Shown: in pieces, positions 38,578 to 47,151 of the stretch
Layout of the letters: each line of letters starts with the position of its first letter
Numbering within the stretch: position 1 is the first letter of the stretch
Assembly: GCA_020061145.1 (NCBI GenBank)
Contig: JAGUYX010000160.1
Location: forward strand, 1-53,856
Reading direction: 5' to 3'
Source: Anaerolineales bacterium
GTDB taxonomy: Bacteria > Chloroflexota > Anaerolineae > Anaerolineales > DRKV01
Length of the DNA: 53,856 nucleotides
The notes under the pieces: model-generated
Seen by the model: only the letters and a program-made list of their open reading frames with translations
Databases searched by the model: none
Told to the model about the DNA's origin: nothing
Position numbers and translations under genes: made by a program

Positions 38578-39372
38578 TCAACCGCTGATAAACCGGCGCG
38601 TATCCGCCACGCGCAAATCATCCGAATCGTCCGGCAATAACGCCTGGGGATCCGCCTCGATCAATTCTTTCATAATTTGAATCATTTCCGCCAGCGGCAG
38701 GGCGCGCAGGATGGCGTTGCCCAGTGTCGCCTGACGGGTAATCAATTCCAGGTAAGGTTCAGCCGCCTGAAACCCATCGGAGGAGCCCGGAAAGCCGGGA
38801 CATTCCACCACACCTTTGTGAGTCAACGCCCAGCGGACAAATTGCTTTCTACCAGCCAGCTTTTCGGCATAATGCAGGCTGGTATTGGCAGTGTGATCCA
38901 CGCCGATCAGCAATACCCAACCTCCGCCAGACGCCAACTCAGCAATCGGCGCCAGCGGTTCTTCCAGCGTCTGAGCTTCCAGGGCGGAATCCACACCTAC
39001 CCCGCTGAAGGACAGGATCGGGTGGCTGGAACGCCGGGAACGCGGCAGGGTGCGCAAACACTCCGCCACCCGGCCCATCAGAGTGTCTGCGGGCATCTCC
39101 GGCGAGAAGAATTGCGCCATCTGATTCAGGTCGCCATGGCTGCCATACACGATGCCGTTATCCGGCGGGCCAACCTCGGGCGTCACCATGGTCTTATAGG
39201 TAAAAGTGGGCATCATCACGCCGCCGGTCGTCGCCAGAATTGCCCCGAGCACGGTTTCCGCCCCGCCTGCCACCTGACCCAGGGCAGACAGGGAGGCATG
39301 GGCAATCACCGGTTTACCGGGGTACAATTCCAACATCGAAAACACTCTGGTCAACTGGCGGTATGAGATCAT
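38578..39372 (-). CDS. AAC(3)-family (YokD-like) aminoglycoside N3-acetyltransferase homolog
   Basis: 264 aa with an Antibiotic_NAT-like layout (PVIAHASLSALG..., MMPTFTY, HTANTSLHYAE). RBS GGAG. Confidence 0.72.
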   Translation of the reverse strand: MISYRQLTRVFSMLELYPGKPVIAHASLSALGQVAGGAETVLGAILATTGGVMMPTFTYKTMVTPEVGPPDNGIVYGSHGDLNQMAQFFSPEMPADTLMGRVAECLRTLPRSRRSSHPILSFSGVGVDSALEAQTLEEPLAPIAELASGGGWVLLIGVDHTANTSLHYAEKLAGRKQFVRWALTHKGVVECPGFPGSSDGFQAAEPYLELITRQATLGNAILRALPLAEMIQIMKELIEADPQALLPDDSDDLRVADTRRFISG

Positions 39373-39428
39373 GGTTACGCTCCGCTTAATCGTAGGTTCA
39401 TCCCCTGATTTGGTTTGCCGTTAATATT

Positions 39429-40205
39429 CTACTCGCCCTTCCAGTTTGGTGCACGTTTTTCACTGAAAGCCTGCATGCCCTCTCTCTGGTCCTGGGAGGC
39501 AAACAGGAAATGGAACGCCCGGCGTTCCGCCCGCAGGCCATCGCTCAAACTGGTTTCGAAAGCGCGGTTGACCATTTCCTTCCCCAGGCGCACTGCCAGA
39601 GGGGCACGAGCGGCTATTTCAGCAGCCAACGCCAGGGCCTCGTCCAAATAACGCTCATCGGGCACCACCCGATTAACCAGGCCAAACTGCAGGGCTTCCT
39701 GGGCGTTCAGCGTGCGGTTATTGAGCACCATTTCCATCGCCAGGGCTTTGCCCACCGCCCGCGTCAGGCGCTGGGTACCGCCTGCTCCTGGAATCACCCC
39801 CAGGTTGATCTCCGGTTGGCCAAATCGCGCCGATTCCGCCGCCACGATCATATCGCAGGTTAACGCCAGCTCGTTGCCTCCTCCCAGGCACCAACCCGCA
39901 ACTGCCGCGATTAAGGGTTTGCGCAATTTACCTAAACGGTCGAATGGGGCAATCAAATCCTGCTTCAGCATATCGACCGGCGTCAAATCCATCATTTCCT
40001 TAATGTCCGCTCCGGCGGCAAATACCTTCTCATTGCCAGTCAACACCATGGCGCCAATCTGGTCGTCCCGGTCGAAAGCCTCCAGAGCATGCAGCACCTC
40101 GTTCATCAAGGCATAACTCAGCGCGTTCAAAGCGCGCGGGCGGTTTAGGCGGACCAACCCCACCCTTCCCTGTTGTTCGACCAGGATCATCTCGTAAACG
40201 CTCAT
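39429..40205 (-). CDS. Enoyl-CoA hydratase (crotonase family)
   Basis: 258 aa from ATG 40205 (RBS AGGAGG), with VFAAGADIKEM and oxyanion-hole region GGGNELAL. Confidence 0.9.
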   Translation of the reverse strand: MSVYEMILVEQQGRVGLVRLNRPRALNALSYALMNEVLHALEAFDRDDQIGAMVLTGNEKVFAAGADIKEMMDLTPVDMLKQDLIAPFDRLGKLRKPLIAAVAGWCLGGGNELALTCDMIVAAESARFGQPEINLGVIPGAGGTQRLTRAVGKALAMEMVLNNRTLNAQEALQFGLVNRVVPDERYLDEALALAAEIAARAPLAVRLGKEMVNRAFETSLSDGLRAERRAFHFLFASQDQREGMQAFSEKRAPNWKGE

Positions 40206-40234
40206 CTTCGCCTCCTGTGGAAATATCTTGCAGA

Positions 40235-41056
40235 TCAGGCTGGTGCAGCGGAGCCATCCGGATAGCGCCACACCTGCCCGTTAATCGTCAGTGCCTGGCG
40301 GCCGCATAATAACAAAGCCAGGCGAGCAGCCTCGTCTACCGAGCCAATCTTTCCCGCGTCAACCAGTTCACGGCGCGCTTCGCCATCCGCCAGGATTTCA
40401 TCCAGGCTTGCGCCTTCCAGCAGCCCGGTTGCCAGGGCATTGACGCGCACCCCATAAGGCGCCAATTCGTGCGCTGCCTGGCGGGTCAACGCTTCCAACC
40501 CGGCTTTAGTGACGTGGTAAGCGCCCAATTGCAGGTTTTCCGGATAAAACTCCAGCACGTCACTGATATTCAGAATCACGCCGCTCCCCTGGTGGCGCAT
40601 CACTCGCCCGGCAATCTGGGTTACAAAAAATGGGCCAGACAGGTTCACATCCAGGGTGCGCCGCCAGTCCCATTCATCCATATCCAAGAGGCTGCTCTTC
40701 GGGCGTACGGCGGCGTTATTTATCACGATATCCAGGCGCTCCCAATGATCCAGGATATCCAATACCAGGGATTGCACCGCCATTTTGTGGCTGATATCCC
40801 CCAGGAATTCCTGAACATCCCCGGAGCCATGCAGTTCCAGCTCCAGGCGGGCCAGGCGCAGGGTTTCATCCAGGTTGGCGGGTGTCAGGTCGTTGGCTGC
40901 CACATACGCCCCCTGCCGGGAGAAAGCCTGAACCAGGCTTCGCCCCAGCCCGCGTCCGGCGCCGGTGATCAGCACCACCTTGCCAGAAAAGTTATCTTTG
41001 GAATTTTCCTGGGTGACTGTCAATCTACCTCCATTTATCGGTTCAAGGGCGGACAC
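40235..41056 (-). CDS. SDR family oxidoreductase
   Basis: 273 aa with TGAGRGLGR cofactor motif, NNAA, and catalytic YHVTK. GTG start. Confidence 0.85.
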   Translation of the reverse strand: MSALEPINGGRLTVTQENSKDNFSGKVVLITGAGRGLGRSLVQAFSRQGAYVAANDLTPANLDETLRLARLELELHGSGDVQEFLGDISHKMAVQSLVLDILDHWERLDIVINNAAVRPKSSLLDMDEWDWRRTLDVNLSGPFFVTQIAGRVMRHQGSGVILNISDVLEFYPENLQLGAYHVTKAGLEALTRQAAHELAPYGVRVNALATGLLEGASLDEILADGEARRELVDAGKIGSVDEAARLALLLCGRQALTINGQVWRYPDGSAAPA

Positions 41057-41077
41057 CTGCCCTTAAAGCGGGAGAAT

Positions 41078-41839
41078 TTATGGGGCAGGGGTGAGTTGAT
41101 CTGGTGGGCAAACCGGCAGAATATCGCGGTTGGCGTTTGCATTTAACGGCAGGCCAAAATATGGAGAGGGGTCGAGTGTGTTCCTAATTTCCAACTCATT
41201 GCGGAAACGCCCCTGACCGTCGTCCTGAACGATAGAAAAGTGCAGGTGCACGCCCACCGGGTTTCCCGGGTCGCCGGAGTAATCGCCCTGGTAACCTAAT
41301 AGCGTGCCCGCCGGGACGTATACTTCCTGCGTACCTTGGGGAAAATCCCTGGCAATGAATGAATCCCTGCCGCGCCCATCCGCCATATGGGTGAAATATA
41401 GCCAGATCTGGCGTTGTGGCTGGAGTGGATCCTGGGGGATGCGCAGGATCAAAGACGATATCCAGGAGTCCAGCCGGGTCAGATAACCATCATAGGGAGT
41501 GTAAACGGGCGTTTGCCCACTGGCAGTACCACTGAAAATATCTAACCCCTGGTGGCGGTGACCGGGATAAAAAGAATCATCCCAGATGAATCCGATAAAA
41601 CCGGTGGTTGGGAATAAGAACGGCGCTGATCCACAACGCGCCAGAGCCGGCACCTGCCATTCCAGGCGTGCGCCATCGCTGCGCAACCATTCCATTACCT
41701 GAGCAGTACGCGGGGCAGTATTAACCAGACGCGGCAAACTTTGCCCGCCTCGCCCAACCAAAAATAACACCACACCCGCAGCCGGGATCAGGGATAATAA
41801 CAACAGGCGTCGCCAGATGGAGACCGGGTACTCAGGCAT
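41078..41839 (-). CDS. M23 family metallopeptidase (membrane-anchored)
   Basis: 253 aa with an N-terminal TM helix and motifs HQGLDIF and GVHLHFSI. Confidence 0.82.
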   Translation of the reverse strand: MPEYPVSIWRRLLLLSLIPAAGVVLFLVGRGGQSLPRLVNTAPRTAQVMEWLRSDGARLEWQVPALARCGSAPFLFPTTGFIGFIWDDSFYPGHRHQGLDIFSGTASGQTPVYTPYDGYLTRLDSWISSLILRIPQDPLQPQRQIWLYFTHMADGRGRDSFIARDFPQGTQEVYVPAGTLLGYQGDYSGDPGNPVGVHLHFSIVQDDGQGRFRNELEIRNTLDPSPYFGLPLNANANRDILPVCPPDQLTPAP

Positions 41840-41854
41840 GGAACTCGGGCAGGT

Positions 41855-42340
41855 TCAATGTTCAACCATTTCCAGGGGAATCAACGGCACAGCCTGCTGC
41901 AGGGCAATGGGTTTGAGCCGCAACAGGGAGTATTCGTCTCCTCCTCCGGCATAGATCAGCGGCAAGGTCAATATACGCGGTTCAAGGAACGTCATGATGA
42001 GCTGGCGATGACCAAATGGCGGCAAAGCGCCTGCTTCGTAACCAGTGTGTTCCAGCACCTCCGCCGGGCGCGCCAGGCGTACCCGCTTATTGGACACCTC
42101 GAAATAATCCGCCAGCACCGCCGGGCGAATGCGTCCCTCCCCATTGGCAATCGCCAGGACCGGTTGATCGTTTGCCAGGAACAACACCGACTTCACGATC
42201 TGCTCCACTTCACAACCCACTGCCTGGGCGGCGGATAACACCGTCGGCGTTGGCATCGAGAGGTGGATAAGCTGCGCTTCGATTTCGTTTGTCTGGCAGA
42301 AGGCTTGCAAATCAGCCGTGGTCAATTTTTGATTATTCAC
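41855..42340 (-). CDS. YbaK/aminoacyl-tRNA trans-editing domain protein
   Basis: YbaK-like core (KSVLFLANDQPVLAIANGEGRI..., ...AGALPPFGH). I prefer GTG 42340, preceded by GGAGGG, which overlaps the EthD stop by 8 nt. The track ORF start at 42382 would overlap it by 50 nt. Confidence 0.7.
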   Translation of the reverse strand: MNNQKLTTADLQAFCQTNEIEAQLIHLSMPTPTVLSAAQAVGCEVEQIVKSVLFLANDQPVLAIANGEGRIRPAVLADYFEVSNKRVRLARPAEVLEHTGYEAGALPPFGHRQLIMTFLEPRILTLPLIYAGGGDEYSLLRLKPIALQQAVPLIPLEMVEH

Positions 42341-42680
42341 GCCCTTTTCCCTCCCGATAGGCACGGATGTTTTCCAGTTCATCTTCCTGGTGCTGGGCGA
42401 AAAGCAAGGTCATACTTCCCTGCGTCAGGCGTTGCAAGGTGCGCCCGGCTTCCTGCCCGGTTGGCGACTCCATCGCCTGCTGCAGGGATTCCCGGCTATC
42501 GAAAAACAGCTCGTGAATCATCCCCACCGGGTGTTGACCGTAAATCACGCCATTGACCCAGCTGGTAGTTTCTCGCCGTAAACCGGGCATAGCCTCCGCC
42601 AGCCGTAAAAATTGTGGCCATTGCTCCTGAAAGGTTATCTGATCCTGAATGGGCTCGATGAGGATTACCAGTTTGTACAT
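42333..42680 (-). CDS. EthD family protein
   Basis: 115 aa with an EthD-like N-terminus MYKLVILIE... and a dimeric alpha-beta-barrel-size protein. Confidence 0.65.
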   Translation of the reverse strand: MYKLVILIEPIQDQITFQEQWPQFLRLAEAMPGLRRETTSWVNGVIYGQHPVGMIHELFFDSRESLQQAMESPTGQEAGRTLQRLTQGSMTLLFAQHQEDELENIRAYREGKGRE

Positions 42681-42720
42681 AGAGTTTCCATGGGTCGCCT
42701 GAAAGCACGTGCTGGAGGGA

Positions 42721-42729
42721 ATTATACCA
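42721..42729 (-). promoter_or_regulatory. Extended -10 element upstream of the EthD-led gene string
   Basis: Minus strand TGgTATAAT, about 40 nt upstream of the EthD ATG. No good -35. Confidence 0.4.
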
Positions 42730-42962
42730 ACCTAAGGTCATTGCCAATGGAAGGCGGCAGGCAAGATCAAAAGTTGATTAATGTCGACCGATCCTGTCCA
42801 ATTCCTGCTTGGGGCTGGTATGCAGAACACCTAAAAAGTGGTAAGATAATTCAACTTACCGGCATCGGATAGATGACCCAGAAGACATGGGTATTCAGTT
42901 TGCCCACAGGCAAAAATGAGGAAAACCGCGAGGCCGGTTGCTTTGCGAAAAGGTGTAATTTT

Positions 42963-43469
42963 ATGGAAATTGAGGACAAAATCACGATAATTGAAGGGCC
43001 GCCGCCGACCTTCGAGGCGGTCAGTGAAGGCTGGGTGCTGGGTCTGGCAGAAGGCCCCTCCCTTTCGGATATCGCCCTGACCCAACTACGAACTTTCAAT
43101 GGCCCGGCACTGGTTGAACGCTGTCACCGCGCCTGGCGGCACCAGCACACCATTTACCTGGAATTCAAAAGCGAAGACGGGCTGAAACAGCAAGCGCCAA
43201 TCGTCGCTGCCCGGCATGTACGAGCGGAAGAAGGCGACATGCTCTTCCTGTGGGTACGTCTGGCCAGTGATGAGGTGGAGCTCGAACTGACCTACGATGT
43301 CGATACTTTTGATGATGAAGCGCTGGAGCTCGACCTCGACGATGAGCTGGACGACTACGACGAAAACGACTTCGACGACGATGCGGATGATGATAACGGC
43401 GAGGATTTCATCGATTATGACGATTTGGACGACCCCGACCTGCGCCCCGGACCGTATTCCTTATCCTGA
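42963..43469 (+). CDS. Hypothetical protein with extreme Asp/Glu-rich C-terminal tail
   Basis: 168 aa from ATG 42963 (the track ORF starts at ATG 42873, so the start is unresolved). About 110 aa of ordinary composition are followed by about 55 aa dominated by D/E. No family recognised. Confidence 0.5.
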   Translation: MEIEDKITIIEGPPPTFEAVSEGWVLGLAEGPSLSDIALTQLRTFNGPALVERCHRAWRHQHTIYLEFKSEDGLKQQAPIVAARHVRAEEGDMLFLWVRLASDEVELELTYDVDTFDDEALELDLDDELDDYDENDFDDDADDDNGEDFIDYDDLDDPDLRPGPYSLS

Positions 43470-43500
43470 TACCCCTTCCCCGAAAAGCCAATCCATAACA

Positions 43501-43533
43501 GAGCGTCGCCAATAAGGCGACGCTCCTTTTTTT
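43501..43533 (+). terminator. Intrinsic terminator
   Basis: GAGCGTCGCC-aataa-GGCGACGCTC followed by CTTTTTTT. Confidence 0.88.
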
Positions 43534-43780
43534 GTCTGATCTAGAGCTATTTTCAATCATGACTGAATAGATATTCTATAGAGATAACTTCAGCCAGAAT
43601 TCACTGGTCACCGAGCGAGAATTTGAAACATTTATCACCGGGATCCGCTCGACCATAACCCAAATCGAACGCATAAAAAGGCAAACAGAGTCCCCCGCCC
43701 CCGAAAAACGATAAAATAGAGGGGAATTTTCGTCATCAGGGGGCAGGTCTATTCGCTGCACAATCAGAACAGGAGACAGG

Positions 43781-44566
43781 ATGGAAAGGCAGGAATTTAT
43801 CAAAAGCGAGCTGATCGACGGAGTATTCAGCCTGACGCTGGAACGGCCAAAAGCCAATGCCTTTAACAATTCGATGATCAAGGAGCTTCAGGCATGCCTG
43901 AAGGATGCCGGGCGTAACCCTGCGGCGCGTATAGTGCTACTCAAAGGGGCGGGAAAAATTTTCAGCGCCGGGCAGGATGTAAGCGAGTTCAGGCAGGCGG
44001 CAGAAGCCGGGGAGTTATCCTTCCGGGCGCACCTGCAACGCACCTACAACCCCCTGGTGCTGCAAATCCGCAGCCTGGAAAAACCGGTGCTGGCCGCGCT
44101 CAATGGCCCGGTCGCCGGGGCGGCGCTTGGCCTGGCGCTGGCCTGCGACCTGCGAATGGCCGCCGATACCGCCCGGCTGGTGGTGGGGTTTCTGGGCATC
44201 GGTCTGGCGCCTGATTCAGGCGTTTCGCTGTTTTTACCCGCTTTAATCGGCCTGGGGCGGGCAACTGAAGCCGCCTTTACCAACCAGCCCATTCTCGCCG
44301 AGCAGGCGCTGGAATGGGGTCTGGTCAACCGGGTGGTTCCGGCAGAAGACCTGGAAAGGGTAGCCCTGGAATGGGCACAGGAGCTGGCGCGTGGGCCGGT
44401 AGGAGCGATGGGATTGGCGAAACGCGATTTTAATCGAGCCGTGTACCCCCATCTGGAGCAGGTGCTGGATTACGAAGCGCATAATCAGGAAATTGCCGGC
44501 AGCAGGCCTGAACACCACGAAGGGCTGAACGCCTTTTTGGAAAAACGCCCGCCAAAATTCGATTGA
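43781..44566 (+). CDS. Enoyl-CoA hydratase/isomerase family protein
   Basis: 261 aa with crotonase fold motifs (IFSAGQDVSEF, GPVAGAALGLALACD). RBS AGGAG. Confidence 0.88.
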   Translation: MERQEFIKSELIDGVFSLTLERPKANAFNNSMIKELQACLKDAGRNPAARIVLLKGAGKIFSAGQDVSEFRQAAEAGELSFRAHLQRTYNPLVLQIRSLEKPVLAALNGPVAGAALGLALACDLRMAADTARLVVGFLGIGLAPDSGVSLFLPALIGLGRATEAAFTNQPILAEQALEWGLVNRVVPAEDLERVALEWAQELARGPVGAMGLAKRDFNRAVYPHLEQVLDYEAHNQEIAGSRPEHHEGLNAFLEKRPPKFD

Positions 44567-44615
44567 TTGTCCCCTGGCACAGAGTTTATTCCGGGCAGCC
44601 CTATCCGGGAGAGAT

Positions 44616-45413
44616 TCAGCGCGCCGTAAGGGTCATCCAGGTCAGAAAGCTGAAAAAACCACCCACGACCACGGTTGCCAGCACCCAGGCGCCTCCCGGG
44701 CGCACATTCCGTACTTCATATCCCGGATAACTGACAAATACTTCCAACAGCGGTCCGCTGAGGTAAGCAAACATGCCCCCTCCGATAAAACCGCCCAGGT
44801 GACCCCAGTTATCAATTCCCGGTGAAAGTCCCAGGATGAAGTTCAACGCCGCCAGCAGAATGATATTCGACAAAGCGCGCTGGCTGATGCGCCCCAGCAC
44901 ACGACGATTCTGAAAAAAGAACATGCCCTGTGCTGCAAACAAGCCAAAGATGGCTGTGGATGCCCCTAAAGACGGCTCGGGAGTAAAAATCATGGAGAAT
45001 ACATTGCCGGCGAAACCAGCCATCAGGTACAGGAACAGGTAACGCCAATGACCGTAAAACCGCTCCAATCCGGGACCCAGGATATAAAGCGCGTACATGT
45101 TAAAGCCTATATGCAGGATGTTGCCATGTAATAACATCGGCGTAATCAGCCGCCAATATTGGCCGCGAAGAATCAAATCATTAACCTTCAAACCCAGCGC
45201 GGAGGGGAGGTCGTAGCCGAGCAATGCATCACTGCCAAGTTGTAACAAAAATACGCCGATGGTCAGGGCCAGAATCAGATAGGTGACTAACGGCCTGACC
45301 TGTGGAGCCGCAAATAACACCTGTGTACCGGGAGGTGGAGGGTAAGCGGGCTGCTGGTTATTTTCCGACTGATCTGGATAATTTTGGTAATAATTGGGGG
45401 TATTCTGCTTCAC
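44616..45413 (-). CDS. Rhomboid family intramembrane serine protease
   Basis: 265 aa, polytopic, with catalytic GASTAIFG and HLGGFIGG motifs. The GTG start overlaps the gmk stop (GTGA). Confidence 0.88.
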   Translation of the reverse strand: MKQNTPNYYQNYPDQSENNQQPAYPPPPGTQVLFAAPQVRPLVTYLILALTIGVFLLQLGSDALLGYDLPSALGLKVNDLILRGQYWRLITPMLLHGNILHIGFNMYALYILGPGLERFYGHWRYLFLYLMAGFAGNVFSMIFTPEPSLGASTAIFGLFAAQGMFFFQNRRVLGRISQRALSNIILLAALNFILGLSPGIDNWGHLGGFIGGGMFAYLSGPLLEVFVSYPGYEVRNVRPGGAWVLATVVVGGFFSFLTWMTLTAR

Positions 45414-46045
45414 ATGATTGCCTTTCTGGGCCGCGTCCGATGGTGCTCGGCGGTGATGATAGACTGGATCACATCCACGGCTTCATCCAGGCGATCATCA
45501 TGATTGACCACCACATAATCAAATTCATACACCCGCTTGAGTTCCTGGCGGGCCATGGCAATACGTAAATTCAGCCCTTCCGGCGTTTCGGATTTACGCG
45601 CCCGCAGGCGATTGACCAGCTCTTCTTCACTGGAGGTAGTCAGGAAAATCAGCAGGGATTCGGGGAATTTTTCACGAATGGTTGCCGCGCCCTGCACATC
45701 GATCCGCATAACGACATCCTTACCACTATGTAACGCTCGGCGTACCTGTTCTTTTGGGATGCCTTTGTAATCGTTATACACAATGGCATATTCCAGTAAC
45801 TCGTCTTTTTCAATCATTTCCGCAAACTCATCCGAGCTGAGGAAAAAGTAATCCACCCCATGCACCTCGCCGGCGCGTGGCGGGCGTGTGGTTGCGGTCA
45901 CCACAAAGTGGAAGGGCAGCTGGCGTTCCTTCATCCGCTCGATTACCGTGTCCTTTCCTACTCCGGCAGGGCCGGAGATGACGATCAGCAAAGGGACATT
46001 CTGTAACGGGTTGAAGGGAATTTTTTCGTCGTTCATTGGTTGCAT
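45410..46045 (-). CDS. gmk: Guanylate kinase
   Basis: 211 aa with P-loop SGPAGVGKDT and the TTRPPRxGE motif. Confidence 0.93.
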   Translation of the reverse strand: MQPMNDEKIPFNPLQNVPLLIVISGPAGVGKDTVIERMKERQLPFHFVVTATTRPPRAGEVHGVDYFFLSSDEFAEMIEKDELLEYAIVYNDYKGIPKEQVRRALHSGKDVVMRIDVQGAATIREKFPESLLIFLTTSSEEELVNRLRARKSETPEGLNLRIAMARQELKRVYEFDYVVVNHDDRLDEAVDVIQSIITAEHHRTRPRKAIM

Positions 46046-46121
46046 CCCTGGTAAGAATTTTCTGATTATAATGTTGATCCGCGGTTTGTACGCGGTTGCT
46101 TAATATTAGCGGGAGGAAGCT

Positions 46122-46511
46122 ATGCCCAATTACGAATATCGCTGCCACAACTGCCGGCGTCGTTTCGAATTATTCATGACTTATGATGAATATGGTACCC
46201 GCCAGGTCGTCTGCCCACACTGCCAGAGCGAAAATGTCCAGCGGAGAATCAGCCGCATCCGTATTGCCCGTTCAGAAGAAAGCAGTCTTGAAAACCTCTC
46301 CGATCCTTCCGCCCTGGAGGGGCTGGAAGATGACCCCAAAGCCCTGGGTCGCATGATGCGTCAGATGAGCCGGGAGCTGGGGGAAGATATGGGGCCAGAA
46401 TTCGATGAAGTTATTCACCGCCTGGAATCTGGCCAATCTCCCGAGGAGATTGAAGAAGCATTGCCCGATCTGGGTGAAGACGGCGGAATGGGCAGCGATC
46501 TCGATTTTTAA
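46122..46511 (+). CDS. FmdB family zinc-ribbon protein
   Basis: 129 aa with YEYRCHNC...CPHC and an acidic C-terminal half. RBS GGAGG. Confidence 0.8.
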   Translation: MPNYEYRCHNCRRRFELFMTYDEYGTRQVVCPHCQSENVQRRISRIRIARSEESSLENLSDPSALEGLEDDPKALGRMMRQMSRELGEDMGPEFDEVIHRLESGQSPEEIEEALPDLGEDGGMGSDLDF

Positions 46512-47137
46512 CCCCGCCCGCTTAGGGCAGGCAAACGCTCGAGGATCACCTGGCGGAGATCAGCCTGCACCACATCCATGGGGCGGTCTGCATCGACGAC
46601 AATCCAACGCCTGGGCTCCGCCCGCATCAGTTTGTGATATCCTTCACGAGCGCGCTGGTGAAACTCCAGTTGCATGGCATCCAGGCGGTTCCATCCTCCA
46701 CTTTGTTCTCGCCGGCGTAAACCCACTTCCACTTCAAGATCCAGCAGGATCGTCAAATCCGGTTCCAGCCCACCGGTGGCAAACTGGATGATCTGCTCCA
46801 GTTCCTCCAGGTCACGCTGGTAGCCATAACCCTGATAAGCACGTGTGGAATCGGCAAACCGGTCGCACAGGATGATTTTCCCTGACGCCAGGTTGGGACG
46901 GATAAATTCCTCGACATGCTGGGCGCGCGCTGCCTGAAAAAGCAGGATCTCCGTACGCTGGTGCATGGCAGATTCCCCGCGATCAAACAATACACTGCGA
47001 ATTTGATCTCCGATCTCCGTTCCCCCGGGTTCACGCGTGGCGAGCACCGGATACCCCATAAACCGCAAATACTCTGCCAGGGGGGGAATCTGGCTGGTTT
47101 TACCGCATCCTTCTGTCCCTTCAAAAGTGATGAACAT
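46508..47137 (-). CDS. tmk: dTMP (thymidylate) kinase
   Basis: 209 aa with FITFEGTEGCGKTSQ P-loop and a DRF...S motif. Confidence 0.93.
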   Translation of the reverse strand: MFITFEGTEGCGKTSQIPPLAEYLRFMGYPVLATREPGGTEIGDQIRSVLFDRGESAMHQRTEILLFQAARAQHVEEFIRPNLASGKIILCDRFADSTRAYQGYGYQRDLEELEQIIQFATGGLEPDLTILLDLEVEVGLRRREQSGGWNRLDAMQLEFHQRAREGYHKLMRAEPRRWIVVDADRPMDVVQADLRQVILERLPALSGRG

Positions 47138-47151
47138 GGAAGGTAAACCGC

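Noticed and set aside
38578-39372. AAC(3)-like gene as an acquired aminoglycoside-resistance island
   Set aside because: There are no flanking mobile-element genes, repeats or compositional break. It sits at the end of a native-looking gene string and resembles chromosomal YokD-type homologs rather than clinical AAC(3) cassettes.
43540-43646. XbaI (43540), EcoRI (43597) and BamHI (43641) sites clustered within ~110 nt, suggestive of a cloning-vector polylinker
   Set aside because: The sites are separated by unrelated native-looking sequence, with no other vector hallmarks. A chance occurrence in an AT-richer intergenic stretch is plausible.
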